Origin: Squalus acanthias
Lineage: Eukaryota
Assembly (NCBI GenBank): GCA_030390025.1
Contig: CM059437.1
Span: forward strand, 25,234,001 to 25,298,000
Direction of reading: 5' to 3'
Length of the DNA: 64,000 nt
In this document: positions 1-13,074 of the stretch, one piece after another
Position numbering within the stretch: the first letter of the stretch is position 1
How the letters are laid out: the number at the start of each line of letters is the position of its first letter
Position numbers and translations under genes: made by a program
Notes under the pieces: model-generated
Seen by the model: the letters and a program-made list of their open reading frames with translations, nothing else
Told to the model about the DNA's origin: nothing
The model's database searches: none

Positions 1-496
1 AGTTTTAATAAGGAGTATGTTTTAAAGTACCCGACTGTTCTTCTGGTAGATATGTACTCTTCTCCTCTAAGTGGCACTGTTCAAAATCAGAGTCTGAGTT
101 AAAGTTCTGGTGAATAAACTGCTGACTGTAAGAGCAGCTAGTCGATGTTCCTTCAGTGTTAGGCAGATGGAGAGAGGCAGAATACCAGCAGTTTAAAACA
201 AGTTCTTGATTTAAAATTGAAGTGCTGCAAAGATAAGGTTGCTTTTGTATAAAAATCCAAAATAGTTTTTAACCTGTACTGCTAACCTATTACGAGTGTG
301 AAAATTTCATCCTGATTTATCCAGAAGTGTATGCTTACAGCTACTACTTGAATGATTCTGTATCATTCTTGGTTGGTTTTTTTTTAATTTTCCAAAGTAT
401 AGGGGTATAGTGTTGGGTTCCCTACATTACAACAGTGTTTACACTTCAATGGTAGTTCATTAGTTGTAAAATGTGTAGGGATGTACTGAGATCTTG

Positions 497-770
497 AATG
501 TTGCCAACCCTCCAGGATTATCCTGCAGTCTCCAGGAATTAAAGCTTGATCTAGTGGGCACTGCTGCGCGCAGCCCAGGAGAAAAATCATAGGGGCAATG
601 AAAAAATTGTGCGTTTTTAAAAAAAAATAATTCTTTGAACACTTGTTTATTAGTTAGAAAAATATTGAAGATGGGGGGGAAAGATGCTGTTTGACTGGGT
701 GAGGTGGTTGGAGGCGGGAGGTCATGTGATGAAACCTCCAGGAATACATCCCACCAGAGTTGGCAACCCT
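497..770. mobile_element. Non-autonomous hAT-like (Blackjack-type TIR) DNA element
   Basis: Inverted termini aatgttgccaaccc ... gttggcaaccct; internal repeated ctccagga; no clear TSD. Confidence 0.55.
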
Positions 771-1729
771 CTGTACCTAAATGCAAGTTCTCTGTTTTCT
801 TTAACAAGGTAGGCCTCGGAGGCCATTTACGTCCTCTTCCTGTCTACAGAGGTCAGAATTGCTGAAAGACAATATGTTAACCGCAGTAGAGTCCTGTGTA
901 AGAAAAGTAAAACTGAAAGTAGAGCATTATTTCAAACTATAAACTTTACTTTGCAATCTTAATCCTTTAATGATTAAGAAATTGCTGCTCAGAACATCTT
1001 GTTATGAATGCACTGTTATCTGTGCTGTGGGACTACAGTAGGTTTGTGCAGATTATATTATTTGGACTTTGGAGAAGAAGTAAAACTTTTTTAATGTGGG
1101 CACTCTTTCTTTCTTCCAAGTTGTTCAGTGTAAAATTGAAATTGTAATGGTTTGACTGAACAGTCTGGTCTCCACAATTTTTTGTACTTTTTGGCGTGTG
1201 CCATATTCTTTGGATAGTTTGGATGACATTTCTTAATACCTGTGAGGTTTAATGGAAAGATTAGAGGGATTTGGTTTTGACCATTAACTCCATTAATGAT
1301 TTTAAGTCGCATTGCTTATCATTACTGAACATTTCATTTTGCTTCATAGCCAATTAATTTTGTAATATTTCCTTTTTCATACCTAAATGTTGGCAGGAGA
1401 GGGGAGAAAGGGGGGAAATTGTTACCGTTCTGATTAGGCTGTTAAAAAATCTGAAGTAAAATGAATTTTGATGCTGCTCAGCCTTCACTGTTGTAACAGT
1501 CACTTGGTTGTAAAAGCTAGAAATTGATGTGAAATAAAGTTGCTAGAATAACGCAACATGAACACGGCAGTAATTCAATTTTTGTATCTACTTTCAAATG
1601 GTTAGTTTAATGTTGCTTGCAAAAGTAAATAGTAATTTGAATTTTTTTGAATTAGTGGAGCGAATTGACAGAAAGATTGTGTCTATTTTAACATACGTAA
1701 TGAGCCTAAGAGGATGTTTTAGTGTTCTA

Positions 1730-2394
1730 GGGGGAAAAATTCGGTCGCGCCCCCTGCCCTAAATTGAGTTGTAGCGCCTCAAGCAGGAGGCGGGGCACTA
1801 CTAGAAGCGATTTTTCCCCTCCCTCCTGGGGCGCTACCATTCAATATCGCGGTGCTATTGCAACAGCGCCACGCGCGTCGGCACATAGTGCCGCGGTATT
1901 ACAAGCTTCCCTCCCCTGGGGGAGGGGCCAAGCACAGCGTGCACCAGGGCCCTGCTGGACCACTGGGGAGCGAGGTGCCGGGAAAAGAGCCCGGCACTCG
2001 AGGAGTGCCAGGCTGACCAATCGTGGCCAGCACCCCGCATGAGAAGGTGAAAGGGGGCAGGTGCTGGCAGGCGGCCCAAAAAAAAGGGCCGCCCAGCACC
2101 TGCACTTTAATTAGCGCGGCTGCAAAAACACCACCCTGATCCTGTCGTGTATATAGCGTCCGGCGGTAGGTCGGGGGCACAACCAAAGATTGAGGCCGGG
2201 GCGTGAGCGGGGCGCTGCGCACGGCGATGATGTAATCGCTGGAGGCGCAGCACTGCGGGGCACTACCGGCTACCGCCTCTGCTAACCTCCCACTGAATTT
2301 CGCGGGAGGCGTTAGTGGCGCCACGCCCGGGAGCTAGGTGCTTTGCGCCCCATCAGGGTGCTAACGGGAGGCGCAAAGCAACCCAATTTTCCCC
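1730..2394 (-). mobile_element. GC-rich PIF/Harbinger-type MITE (family A)
   Basis: Imperfect TIRs ggggaaaaattcggtcgc / gcaacccaattttcccc; right end is reverse complement of left ends of 12358 and 59727 copies. Confidence 0.7.
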
Positions 2395-3176
2395 ACCCAA
2401 TGTTTTATATTCCCTTAAGGTGTTGCTTCAGTTTTGAATAACTTTTGATAAGATGCCGTTTACTGCAACCAAATTTAGGCGCTGGAAGAAATTAGTTTGT
2501 GAGATCCTCTTGAGACCTTTTAACCAGAAGGTATCTGATCAATTTCCTTGGACATGCTGGTGACATGATCCCAGTCATGATTCCTACTGCAGTATAATGC
2601 CAATCTTTTTTTAAAAAATGCAGTTGAAAAACTATGGAAGCAAAATTCCCCTTTATCTGAGAAATGCGTGGACCATACAATTTTGTAACATGATTCCTGT
2701 GGGGAGAAAAAAAGATTTTGGTTTGTGATGACAAAACAAATCAGCCAGTCACACTTAACCTATAGTAATCCTTTAGCTGCTTGAGAAGTGGTTACAAACC
2801 ACTTAAACTGGTATAAGTAGTCATGCAGCTGTGCAGTGCGCAATCACAGTAGCAAAAGGTTGAACACCAGTGGAGAAGATTTGTTTACCCATAAGACATT
2901 GCCTTAACTTCAAGAATGCTTGGCAGTGGAATACAGTTTGTTCAATTTTTGACCCTGGTAGCAGTTTCTACAAAGCAGCCTCATCACATTGTTTGGGTGT
3001 ACTACATAATTTTGTGAATTTTATTATTTTACATTGCATACAATTCATTTTCTAGTTATAAAGTAAAACCTTGATTATCTATCATAATGAAGGAGTAACC
3101 CCTCTCCCCTGCTGGATAATTAAGAGTCTTTGGATTACATTGTTGATTGGTGCTCTCTTTTTTTTGTGAATTCTTT

Positions 3177-3926
3177 GGGCTGGATTTTGTCTTGGGGTCG
3201 GGTTGGGGTCGTGTAATCCGCATTTTGTGCCCCCCCCCCCCCCGACTCCAGATTAATGTGGATGCCTGATGCAATTTTCACTTAATTGGGCAATTGAGTT
3301 GCAGCATGTGGGAACCCATGAACTAATTAGTGGTTTCAGTCTGAAACCCGCCTCTGATGATGTCATCATTGCTGACTGCCTGCTCTCAGAGATTGTCTGG
3401 CTACTGGTGAGAGAGGACCTGTCTGCATTGCTTCTGATGTGAGTGGACCTGGAGAGAGAGAGATATATATATATATATATGAGAGAGAGAATTTTTTGCA
3501 TCCAAGTCCTTTTACACCAAATGCCATGACATTGAATGTAGCAGTATCAGAGGCGACTTTCACACCTAATACTACTACTACCTTCATCACATCTCCGTTG
3601 TAATAGTGGACTTGCAGCCGATAGTCAGCTATCCACTTGTGCTCCCGCCAGGTTTCACTGGAGTGTTTCACACCAGGCGTGCTTCACGTCAGAAAAGGGT
3701 TAAACTAGCTACAACGTTTCAAAATAGCATTACAGACCCAATTTAGGGCTTGTTAAGGGTTTTAATGGCCTCTCCCGCCTCTTGCAGGCGGGAGAGAGTC
3801 GGGAACCCCGCGCCTGATTTTGTCAAAATTGCGTGGAGGCGGGATGGGGTCGGAAACCCGACCCTGCAAATTTAACCCCCCACACGCCTCCAAACCCGAC
3901 TCCATGGGTCATTCAAAATCCAGCCC
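3177..3926. mobile_element. PIF/Harbinger-type MITE
   Basis: Perfect 13-bp TIR GGGCTGGATTTTG/CAAAATCCAGCCC flanked by TTT/TTT 3-bp TSD; internal (GA)n(TA)n(GA)n microsatellite at 3451-3490. Confidence 0.8.
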
Positions 3927-5699
3927 TTTGCCTTTGCTCAGCTGCTGATTTTCAATCCTTTCCAACAACACTCAGCTCTGTTTCTGCTAATAAAAGCAGC
4001 TCCTCCATTCCTGCTAGTAGAGCAGCTGCTGCAAGAACATAAGAACCATCTTGGTCCATGAGCTGATCGGGGCCCCCCCGCCACATTCTCACCCACAACA
4101 TGACCTGCTGCAGATCTGAGCGAGCTCCCCCGACACCAGCTACAAACCCTGCAGCTGCAGAGGTGAGCACTAAAAGCAATCTTGCTGTCAGCCATTCTGC
4201 TGACGACTCCACTGAGATTAGCAATGTGGAGGTTGCCAGCAGGATTGCTAATGATGAGCATATATAAGATTTGCTGGAGTGAGTAGGAGCATGTTACCCA
4301 ATTATAGGTTCAAATGGCTTCCAAAAACCCCTGTACTTTTTCTTTCATTGTTTCTGGCTTCATCCGAGCCCTGTTACTAAGTTTCAGCCTCTAATTTCAA
4401 TTAACCGATAATAGTTGGTGGTGTCAGCAGGATTGTAATGAAGTATAATGGTGGATGGACGAAATTTTGTACCTGACCCAAGAAAGAGACCCATAGATTT
4501 TGTCCTTCCAAAGACGGAATATGTCTGGAGAGAGCATTCCGAGATATATAACACAAGAGGAAGTACAGATTTTGCTGGTAGTGATAGGTGCAATTTCAGA
4601 TGATGAATTCAGAGTTTCACATGAAGTGTATTGGATTGAATGTGATTTTTATTTTCCTCTCCTAGGATAAAGGTGTCAATATCTCTAATAGATAAGCTTC
4701 GTGACAATTTTGCATCCATTAGTCTGCATGTAATACATTTTAGGGCACCTGGAAGGGGTTGCAAGGCTGTATTTTATTAGTGCGGTGGGGGGGGGGGGGG
4801 GCGGGGTTTACCAATAAGCCCAAGTAATTTGTTAACATTATTTGGATCCCTTAATTCAGTCACTACTTTTAACCCACTTGTAATTATGTTACATACACTT
4901 TTTTAAAAGTAAATTTTCTTTCCTTTTATGTCTAAATTGTCCAAATTATAGCTGCAAACTCCAGGAATCCGGCACACACAACCTTGGGCCCTAATGCCAC
5001 ATTTTCTTCTTGTATTCTTAACCTATATTTCCTCCATTGTTAGGTTTAGCATTTTGAATTTAGCAGGCCTGGTGCATTGGACAAGAGCTTGACCTGCATT
5101 TGTGGATTTACAACCTAAAATCTGTCACTGACAGAGCAAACTTTCCCAATCTGCCAAGTCCACCAAGTTATTAAAGCCATTGAATGATGCAGTGGAGATA
5201 AGGCAAGTGTGCACAGGTAGCTAGCCAAATAAAAATCTTTGTTGATAGCCATTACATTTCCTGTGCCTCTGGATACTTCAGTTTTTGTTGGTGTTTTTAT
5301 CTTATGATAACCAACTGCTTTCGTTTAAAATTGGCACCTTTCAGTGAATGAGAAAAAGTAGTGTTGATTTTAATATCTTGCTTCGTACATCTGCTGCACT
5401 GAGTGTATATGGTTGTGAAGTTGAAGTACCATGATATAGGAAAAAGATTCTCAGAAAATGATTGATCTCTATTTGAAGGATTATATTTAGATGTTCACTA
5501 TTGTAGCAGTAAATGGGCGTAGACTGCTGGGAATTGATTGCAAGGAGGTGAAGAGTGAGAAACCTGGTTACCATTGGCAGATTTTCTATCTGTTGGGAAT
5601 TGAAATATTAAGATGGGTTTGTACAGTCAAATTGATCTGTTTCTTTGAGAGAAAGGCGCACAATGGCACTCTGCCACCAAAAAGTCACTTGTATGAAAG

Positions 5700-6042
5700 A
5701 ATGCAGGAAGAATGTTCCCGATGGTCGGAGAGTCCAGAACCAGGGGTCATAATCTAAGGATAAGGGGTAAGCCATTTAGGACAGAAATGAGGAAGAATTT
5801 CTTCACCCAGAGAGTGGTGAACCTGTGGAATTCTCTACCACAGAAGGTAGTTGAGGCCAAGTCATTAAATATATTCAAGAATGAGTTAGATAAATTTCTT
5901 AAAGCTAAAGGTATCAAGGGATATGGGGAGAAGGCAGGTACAGGGTACTGAGTTTGGATGATCAGCCATGATCTCATCGAATGGCGGAGCAGGCTCGAGG
6001 GGCTGAATGGCCTACTCCTGCTCCTATCTTCTATGTTTCTAT
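5700..6042 (+). mobile_element. CR1 LINE 3' fragment
   Basis: ORF2 C-terminus MFPMVGESRTRGHNLRIRGKPFRTEMRKNFFTQRVVNLWNSLP, 3'UTR gatcagccatgatc...ggcctactcctgctcctat and short-repeat tail. Confidence 0.9.
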
Positions 6043-7304
6043 ATGGTTACACACAGCACTGGTTTCACGTTACATCATCATAGAAATGAAAGTTATCTTT
6101 AGATGTATTTTGGCTCTGTGAATAAACCTATAAAACATCAACCACCTGTTATTCTGATGTAGTAAAACACCATATTTGCATTTCTTGCAATTGGGATAGT
6201 TCTGAAATTACTTTTTTGCCCAATATAACCTGCTATTTCCTAATTTTTGTGTTCTGTTATATTCAAGTTGTTCATCCTTTATAAAATACTTACAATATGG
6301 TAAGTAATTAACTTTGCCTCCCATGGCAGTAGAAGATTCCAACAGAGAACAAGCATGTTTGCCCTCTATGACTCCTCACTATTGAGTTCACTTATCAGAC
6401 CCCGATCATTTTTGTTTCTTTTTTGGGTGGAGGGAGTGCGAGGTAGAAAAGGAGGGCTGAGCACTGAAATCTCCACTTATCTTCTAGGCAAATTACCATT
6501 TATATCCCATGCCTAGTCATATCCTCAACTTTGTTAAACCAGAATCTGACAGGTTGGCAAGTATGTAGTCCTTAGTGGCCTTTTTAAAGGTGCCTAAGCA
6601 GATATAACCTTTTACAAAGATAAGCCTATTGTTTGTGTTTTTATAAAGGCAAAAAAGCTATGCATTTTAGGGCTAGATCAAATTTTGTTGTGCAAGGTTC
6701 TTGTTCCAGTAAGAACAAAAGATTGGTTTCACTGCGAGCATCTGTTATGGAATAACTTGAAAATCTACCATAAAGTTTCCCTTCATGGATTATATATGAC
6801 TAGTTTCATTGGTGTATTTTGTTTCAAACAGAATAATTGAAGAGTCTGATAGCCCAATGCTTCTCAGGATTAAAGCAACCCGTAACCTCCAGCAAATTTG
6901 TCTATACCTTGCGCCTTTGGCACGGGGCTAATTCTTCTTTCTCGATATTTTCCACAGGTTTGTTAGCTAGGGTAATCACTTGTGTACTTCAGTCTCTCAA
7001 AACTAGAAATATGAAGCTGATCCTGGTTAAACCTCTCTTTAGTGTCTTTACATGTTTCCCCTCATTAGTCTGGTTAATGCCTCACCCCACATTATATTTC
7101 CCATTTCCATACATCAAAACACAATTTTTGACTGCATCTGGTGCTAGATGCTCTCTGACCAACACATCTATCCATATCTTTCTTTTCTTTCTTTCAATGG
7201 AGCAAGCAATTTTTACAAAGTAAGACGACAAAATACTGAACCAACATGTAACTTACTTGCAAATCTCAAACAATGCAAAATCTTCAAACATTTTAGGCAT
7301 TTTG

Positions 7305-9480
7305 CCAGTGTTCAGAGGCGGGTCCGCTGTCAAAAATCTAAAAGATTGACAACTGGTCGGGATCCCGCTCTGAACCCGCCTCCGTGTCAGTTTCCCAAGT
7401 GCAGGGTCTGCACTAAGCGGCAGGTCATCCAGTTGAGATAGTTAAGAGGGTCTTTAAAAGTAGTTGAACAGCATTTTACCACCTTCTAGCCATTTTTCCA
7501 ACTTTTCCACGAGGGTCCCATCGCTCGAGGTCATGTCAGGTAAGTGTGTCGGGTTCTCTGACTCTCCATTGTTGTGAATAGGTGACAGCTACAAAAGTGG
7601 TATAAAAGCTACCATTTCACAGGTGTTCACTTTCCAATGTCAGAAGCTTGAGCCTTCAAGATTTGGAAGACTTTTGAGCTGTATGCAGTTTGGAAGTGTT
7701 TGGAGTAAACTCTCTATCCACTGTCCCCTCCTTGGATGGATCACTTCTGCCATCTATTCCAGCAGCATCGGTACCCTTGAAAAAATCTCCCCTTGGTCCT
7801 CAGAATACCACCACGATCAGCCCCAACACCAGCAGCACCAGGCACACCAGCAGCACCAACAACAACACCAACCTTCTCCGCAATCACCTGATGCTGCACA
7901 GGACACAGGGCATCAGCACCCGACCACATTGCTGCCCGGGACGCCAGCGATGGCCTCACTATGGCCAGATTTACTTCACTTGGCACTGTACACCCTGGCT
8001 GCCACATGATACACCAGGCTGGCCCCACCCCACACCAGCACCATAAAGCATCCCATCAATGTCCAAGCCATTCCTTTCACACTCATCACCATTTGAGGGA
8101 GGGGAGGAGAAGTTATGTCTCCCCATTCACTGGAACTCACTAAGACACTTCCAAAGGTGCACGCAAATATGTCCAAGAACGGAAAGTGTTGAAAATAAAG
8201 ATTTCAATGCTTGACAACACATTAACACTTTACACAAGTGCCTATCCTTGTGTGTTAGTTTGAATAATTGGACTAGGATGAGGGTGAGTGTGAAGGGTGG
8301 CTAGTGAGATGGGGAAGCGATAACGTAGATAGAGAGGGTTGGGTGGCGGTGCAAGGTAAGTTGGTGTGAGTAAGGATGTACAGGAGTAGGGTAGGGAAGG
8401 CAGAGTGATGGGGATGTGATGAGTGGCACAGGAGGATGAGGTTGAGTGTGGCTTTGCAGTAACGTTTCGTGATCTTTGATCATTGAAAGGTTTGCGCCAC
8501 TGCAGCCAGGGACTCCTGACAACATCTCTGCTTGTGCCCTCCGGTGCACTGTAACCAGGCTGTGTTGGTGTCCTGGGGAGGTCTCTTCCGCCCATTGGAA
8601 GGGAAGAGAACCTCCTTGCGTGCTGTGACTCCCTCCATAAGCATATGGAGGGAGTCATGGGAGAGCCTGGGTGCAGCCGTGCACCTTTGTGCAGTGTTTG
8701 CAGCACCTCCGTGTTGTAGAACACTGACAGCACAACTGTCAAAATGAATGTGGACATGGCCCCTTTAAGGAAACATTGTGACTCCTGACAACGAACCGGA
8801 AGCTGCGCAGAAACATTCTGTGCATAACTGGCAGGTCCCAAATTTAAAAAATAACGTTCACCACAACAGACGGAGGATCTGAGAAGTGCTGAAGCACATC
8901 ACTAATAAAGTTTCATTAATGTTAGAGATTCCCAATCTACCGTCCTACGACTATTACAGGAATCTCCGAATGCTTTTTAGTCTCAGAAAAATAGTTTGCA
9001 AAATATTAACAAACCCGTAGGCAAAATAGACGGTGCTGGGGCCAAACTATCCCCCACCTGAAAACTGCTGACTCTGACCAACCACAATTTAGTGCACAAA
9101 CAAGTGGCTGATACCTGAATAAATTCTACAATTAATAAATTAAACTGCAACTGAACAATTTTTTTTTATCCGCTACTTTATTCCTCATTTTGGGAAGTCC
9201 GGCGACAACAAACAAAAAAACCCACTGGAACTGCGCATACGCAGCTACTTCCATTGGCAGCAGTCGCGTCCTTAAGGAAACCGGCTGGTGACGCGTCATC
9301 AGATGACGTCATCAGACCCGCTTCCTTTTAATTGGCCGGGTACCTCGCAGGGTGGGTTTAATAAGCTCAATCAGGGCAAAATCACTTGGAGGAGGCGGGA
9401 TGAAGACAGGAGCGGGGTTTGAAGCTGCCACCTACTCCGGCCACACCGGACTTGCCACAGTTGGCAGTGAATATTCAGAC
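7305..9480 (-). mobile_element. Longer Harbinger deletion derivative (family B) with Myb/SANT-like gene relic at 8479-8677
   Basis: Ends resemble reverse complements of the 14464 and 39125 element ends; minus-strand AAPRLSHDSLHMLMEGVTARKEVLFPSNGRKRPPQDTNTAW / (frameshift) TSRDVVRSPWLQWRKPFND; boundaries approximate. Confidence 0.6.
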
Positions 9481-10621
9481 GCAGTAAAACATGATTTCAG
9501 GAAAATAAATACCATGGATATGTGATTTAATATTGAACAGATATAAATCAGTTAGCTTTTGCAGCATAACCTTGTAACATGTAATGTTGTATAATTGAAG
9601 TTGAATTTAAACATAACACTTGTAATATAATCACACAGGGTTAACCTACCCTTGCAGTTCAACAATTGAACTCATTTTGTATCTGTTATATAAAATAAAT
9701 ATCCAGAATGAGTTGAAATCTACAGCTGTTAACAGTATTCTGCTGATCTGATCTGACCTGCATGAGTTTTGCTCTCTAGCCTATTGCTTGATTCAAACCC
9801 CTTAATTGAATTCTGATCTTGTGATTTAAGGGGCCTTAGTCAATTCAGATTACTTTTTAAAAATAAGTCATGTTTTGTTGAGATGTAGAAAGTTCCCTTT
9901 CTTACTTGATGTACATACGCTGAGATAATCGAGCGAGATTCGTCATGTACAGAGGAAAAATTAGGAAGCCCACTGAGCTTGCATCCTGATGTTTGGTAAA
10001 ATGGTTACTATAATTTTTATTAAAAAAATTCTCCCTGGTCAAATGGATGAGGCAATTTTAATTGTGTTAAATTACTTACGGGAGCATAACAATGAGGAAA
10101 GAATTATAACGCTGAATATTTTTAGCCAATGAGGTAAAGTCTGCACCACATTATATTTTAGCTAGTCATAATACTAGAAATATTATTCAACTAATTTCAG
10201 CTGTTGGCCGTTTTGTGTAGTTTGTGTGTAATTCTATATTTCTCTTTAACAAACCTTGCATATAAGAACTGATTTCCTGTGTGGTTACCATTTGGTTTGT
10301 TTTATTTCTCTCTTTCTCTTCAACCAGTAGTATCATGTCAGCAAAAGTAATATACAGAAACTTTTTGGTGGCCGTTGCACAATACTTTCATTTAACTTAC
10401 TAATAAGCCTCATCTTATTTTGTGCCGAGCTTAAAAATGGAAAGTTATTTTGCAGATGTTTGTGACTATAATGCAAGTATGGCTAAATACAAAATAAGTG
10501 TGCTGCTTTTTATTTGCATTAATGTTTACAAGCAGGGTGACCATCCATTTACTTCCAATCAGACAATCCAGTTTTTGGACTGGCTGCTCAGTAATGGGTT
10601 TATTTTAAAATAGGATAATAA

Positions 10622-11248
10622 GGGGCTAATTTTAATGACTCGTGGGAGGTTTAAATTGGTAGAAATGTGAAACCTGCCGCAAATGTGCCTACTTCCGGTT
10701 TAACCCCGGCAGGTTTGGGGCCAGCTGAGTAATCCACTCTGGAGAAGCAGGTCCGTGATTATAATAATTAAATGAGGCTCTGTTCCCGGGGCTTAAGAAA
10801 CCCGGCAGCTGAAGGGAGGCAGGAGCTGTCCGATCCAGCAGGAAAGTGCTTTTCCACCACTGCTTCCCCCCCCCCCCCCCCCGGCAACTCAAACAAACCT
10901 TCCATGCTTTCTTTCCACCCTCTCCCGCCACGACTGGCCGACCCACCCCCGCGCTCATCCGACTCCTTCCCCCCCCCCCCCCATCACTCCCTCCCTTTGC
11001 GTTGCCGTGCTCCAAGCACCCCCCGACCGCCGACCAATCCCCAAGCTTCTCCGATTTGACGATGACCGTCCCCAGCGGTCCCCGGCTGCAGGCTTTCCTG
11101 CCTGGCAGCCAGCCAACCTTCAATCTGGCCGGCTACTGGGTGGGAAACAGAGTAAAAAAAAAAAATTACATTTGGCAGGGCCTTCGCGTTCCTGGGTCTC
11201 CCGGCCGTTGACACGTACCCCTGCTCCCTCCCCGTAAATATCGGGGCC
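10622..11248 (+). mobile_element. PIF/Harbinger-type MITE (family C)
   Basis: TAA/TAA TSD, imperfect TIRs, internal homology (gctgaagggag...gatccagcag...aaagtgc) to 22070-22976 (-) and 63532 (+). Confidence 0.65.
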
Positions 11249-11920
11249 TAAAAGTTCAGTTTCTATAGCATGAAGAGACACTTGGTGAGGGGGAAAACTG
11301 AAGGTGCATGCAAAGGCTTGGCCTTCTATGAACGCACAGTACAGAAGAACTTTAAATAGTTCAAAATTATAGTTCTTGCCTGCTGCAGATCAGCAAATAG
11401 CAGGAGTGACAAATCAAACTTGGCAGACAAGTCACGCTTCCATATATTACTGGTAGAAGCATCAATCTGTTGCTCCGTGATCATCTGTGCTGTAAAATCA
11501 AACTGGTTCACATGTTGGTGATGTCAATCATCTATAGCCCTGCCCCACTGTACTTAAAATGATTTCTGCTATAGGTTTCTAGTTCTGCAGATCCTAAATC
11601 CATCTGCAAAAATATTTATTCCCTATGAAAACACATTTTATTCTCGGTTGTAACATGTTTAAAAACATGAAATGCTTTCTGAACAAAGTTTTCCGATGTA
11701 ATCTTTCATTTCTCAATTTCGATGCTTTAGCATCAGTGGAAGTAGCAACAGTCAAAATGTAAATTAGCTTGCATTGCTGTTCTGATAATGCTGTGCTTTA
11801 AAACTTCTAGAAATTCATTTTTAAGTTGTGCTGTAGTTAAAAACATGCTGAGAGTGGGTGGGTGATTGGGGGGTGGGGGTGGAAGGGAGGAGAGAGGGAG
11901 TAACAACAAGCAGTTGTACC

Positions 11921-12236
11921 GAGTACAGTAGTATAGTGGTTAAGGTACTGGACTAGTAACCCGGAGATTGTGACCAGATCGTGCCAAGGAAAATTGTGAA
12001 ATTGAATTTAATAATCTGGTAATTTGCGGGCTAGCATCAGAAAAAATTATCCTAAAAGTTGCAGATTGTTCCAAATACCCAACTGGTTCATTAATGTCCC
12101 TTTTTTAGGGAAGGGAATCTGCCACCCCAATCTGGTCCAGCTGTGTGACTCTTCATGCTCTCTGAAGTGGCTTAACAAGCAACTAGGGATGGGCAATAAA
12201 TGCGGCCTTGTGAATGTCACCCATGTCCTGAGTAAT
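11921..12236 (+). mobile_element. tRNA-headed SINE (same head and tail as the 53867 LINE)
   Basis: tagtatagtggttaaggtactggactagtaac head; ggttcattaatgtcc...agggaagg body; agggatgggcaataaatgcggcc tail. Confidence 0.8.
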
Positions 12237-12357
12237 TTTTTTAAATAAATTTGCTAGTGCATTGTAATCCCAATTTCCCTATTCTCTCCTCTCATTTTTA
12301 TATAAGAGCAGACAGCATTGTGCATTTTGCCAAAATTTAATCCAGCCAAGAAATAAT

Positions 12358-13074
12358 GGGGGTGAAATTGGGTGCCTTTGCACCTCCCATTAGCGCCCCC
12401 AGGGGGCACTAACGGGATGTAAATGGCTTTGCGACCGGGCGCAGCGCTGACATTGGCTCCTGCCATATTCGGCGGGAGTTTTGCGGCGGCGCTACAACGT
12501 TGCGCCCCAATCTCCTTCACCCGGAGATCGTGACGTTATCACCGTGCGCATCACCCTAGTAGCGCCCCAGACCTGAAATTGACTTCTGACCCCTGCAGTA
12601 GCGCTGGTCGAAAACACTGACAGCTGCAGGAGGCATGCATCGGGCGGCCAGCCACTTCGGGGACGATAATTAAAGGCGAGGTGGCCGAGGTAAGTAAAAA
12701 AAACAACTTACCTTTCTTGTTGCAGTTTTTTTCACAGGATCCTGCCCATGGATCGCAGCTGCCTTGGTGGTCCAGGTAGGTACTTTTTATATTGCAGAGC
12801 CTGCAGCATTAGCCCTGCCCTTTAAGGGAGGGAAGGAGCCTTTGAACGTGGCAGCACTGCATGGCCCAGTGTGCAGTGCTGCTGAAGTCTCCACCCCGCC
12901 TGCTGCCGATTGCACTTCAAGAAGGAAGTGGAGTGCTTGATTTAGCGCTCCACTTCCTTCCTGGAGCGCAAAACCAACTTTTTTTTAAAGTTTAGCAACA
13001 TTAGCGCCTGGCGCTAATTTTCTCAACTTTTAAAAGTTAGCTCCCCAAACAGGGCTATAATGAATTTCTCCCCC
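12358..13074 (+). mobile_element. PIF/Harbinger-type MITE (family A)
   Basis: gggggtgaaatt ... aatttctccccc with AAT/AAT TSD; homologous to 59727-60624. Confidence 0.8.

Noticed and set aside
3938-4593. Short ORFs with coding-like composition
   Set aside because: No recognisable domain, splice structure or repeat match.
8242-8841. 199-aa minus-strand ORF as a gene
   Set aside because: Mostly off-frame read-through of a frameshifted Harbinger Myb relic.
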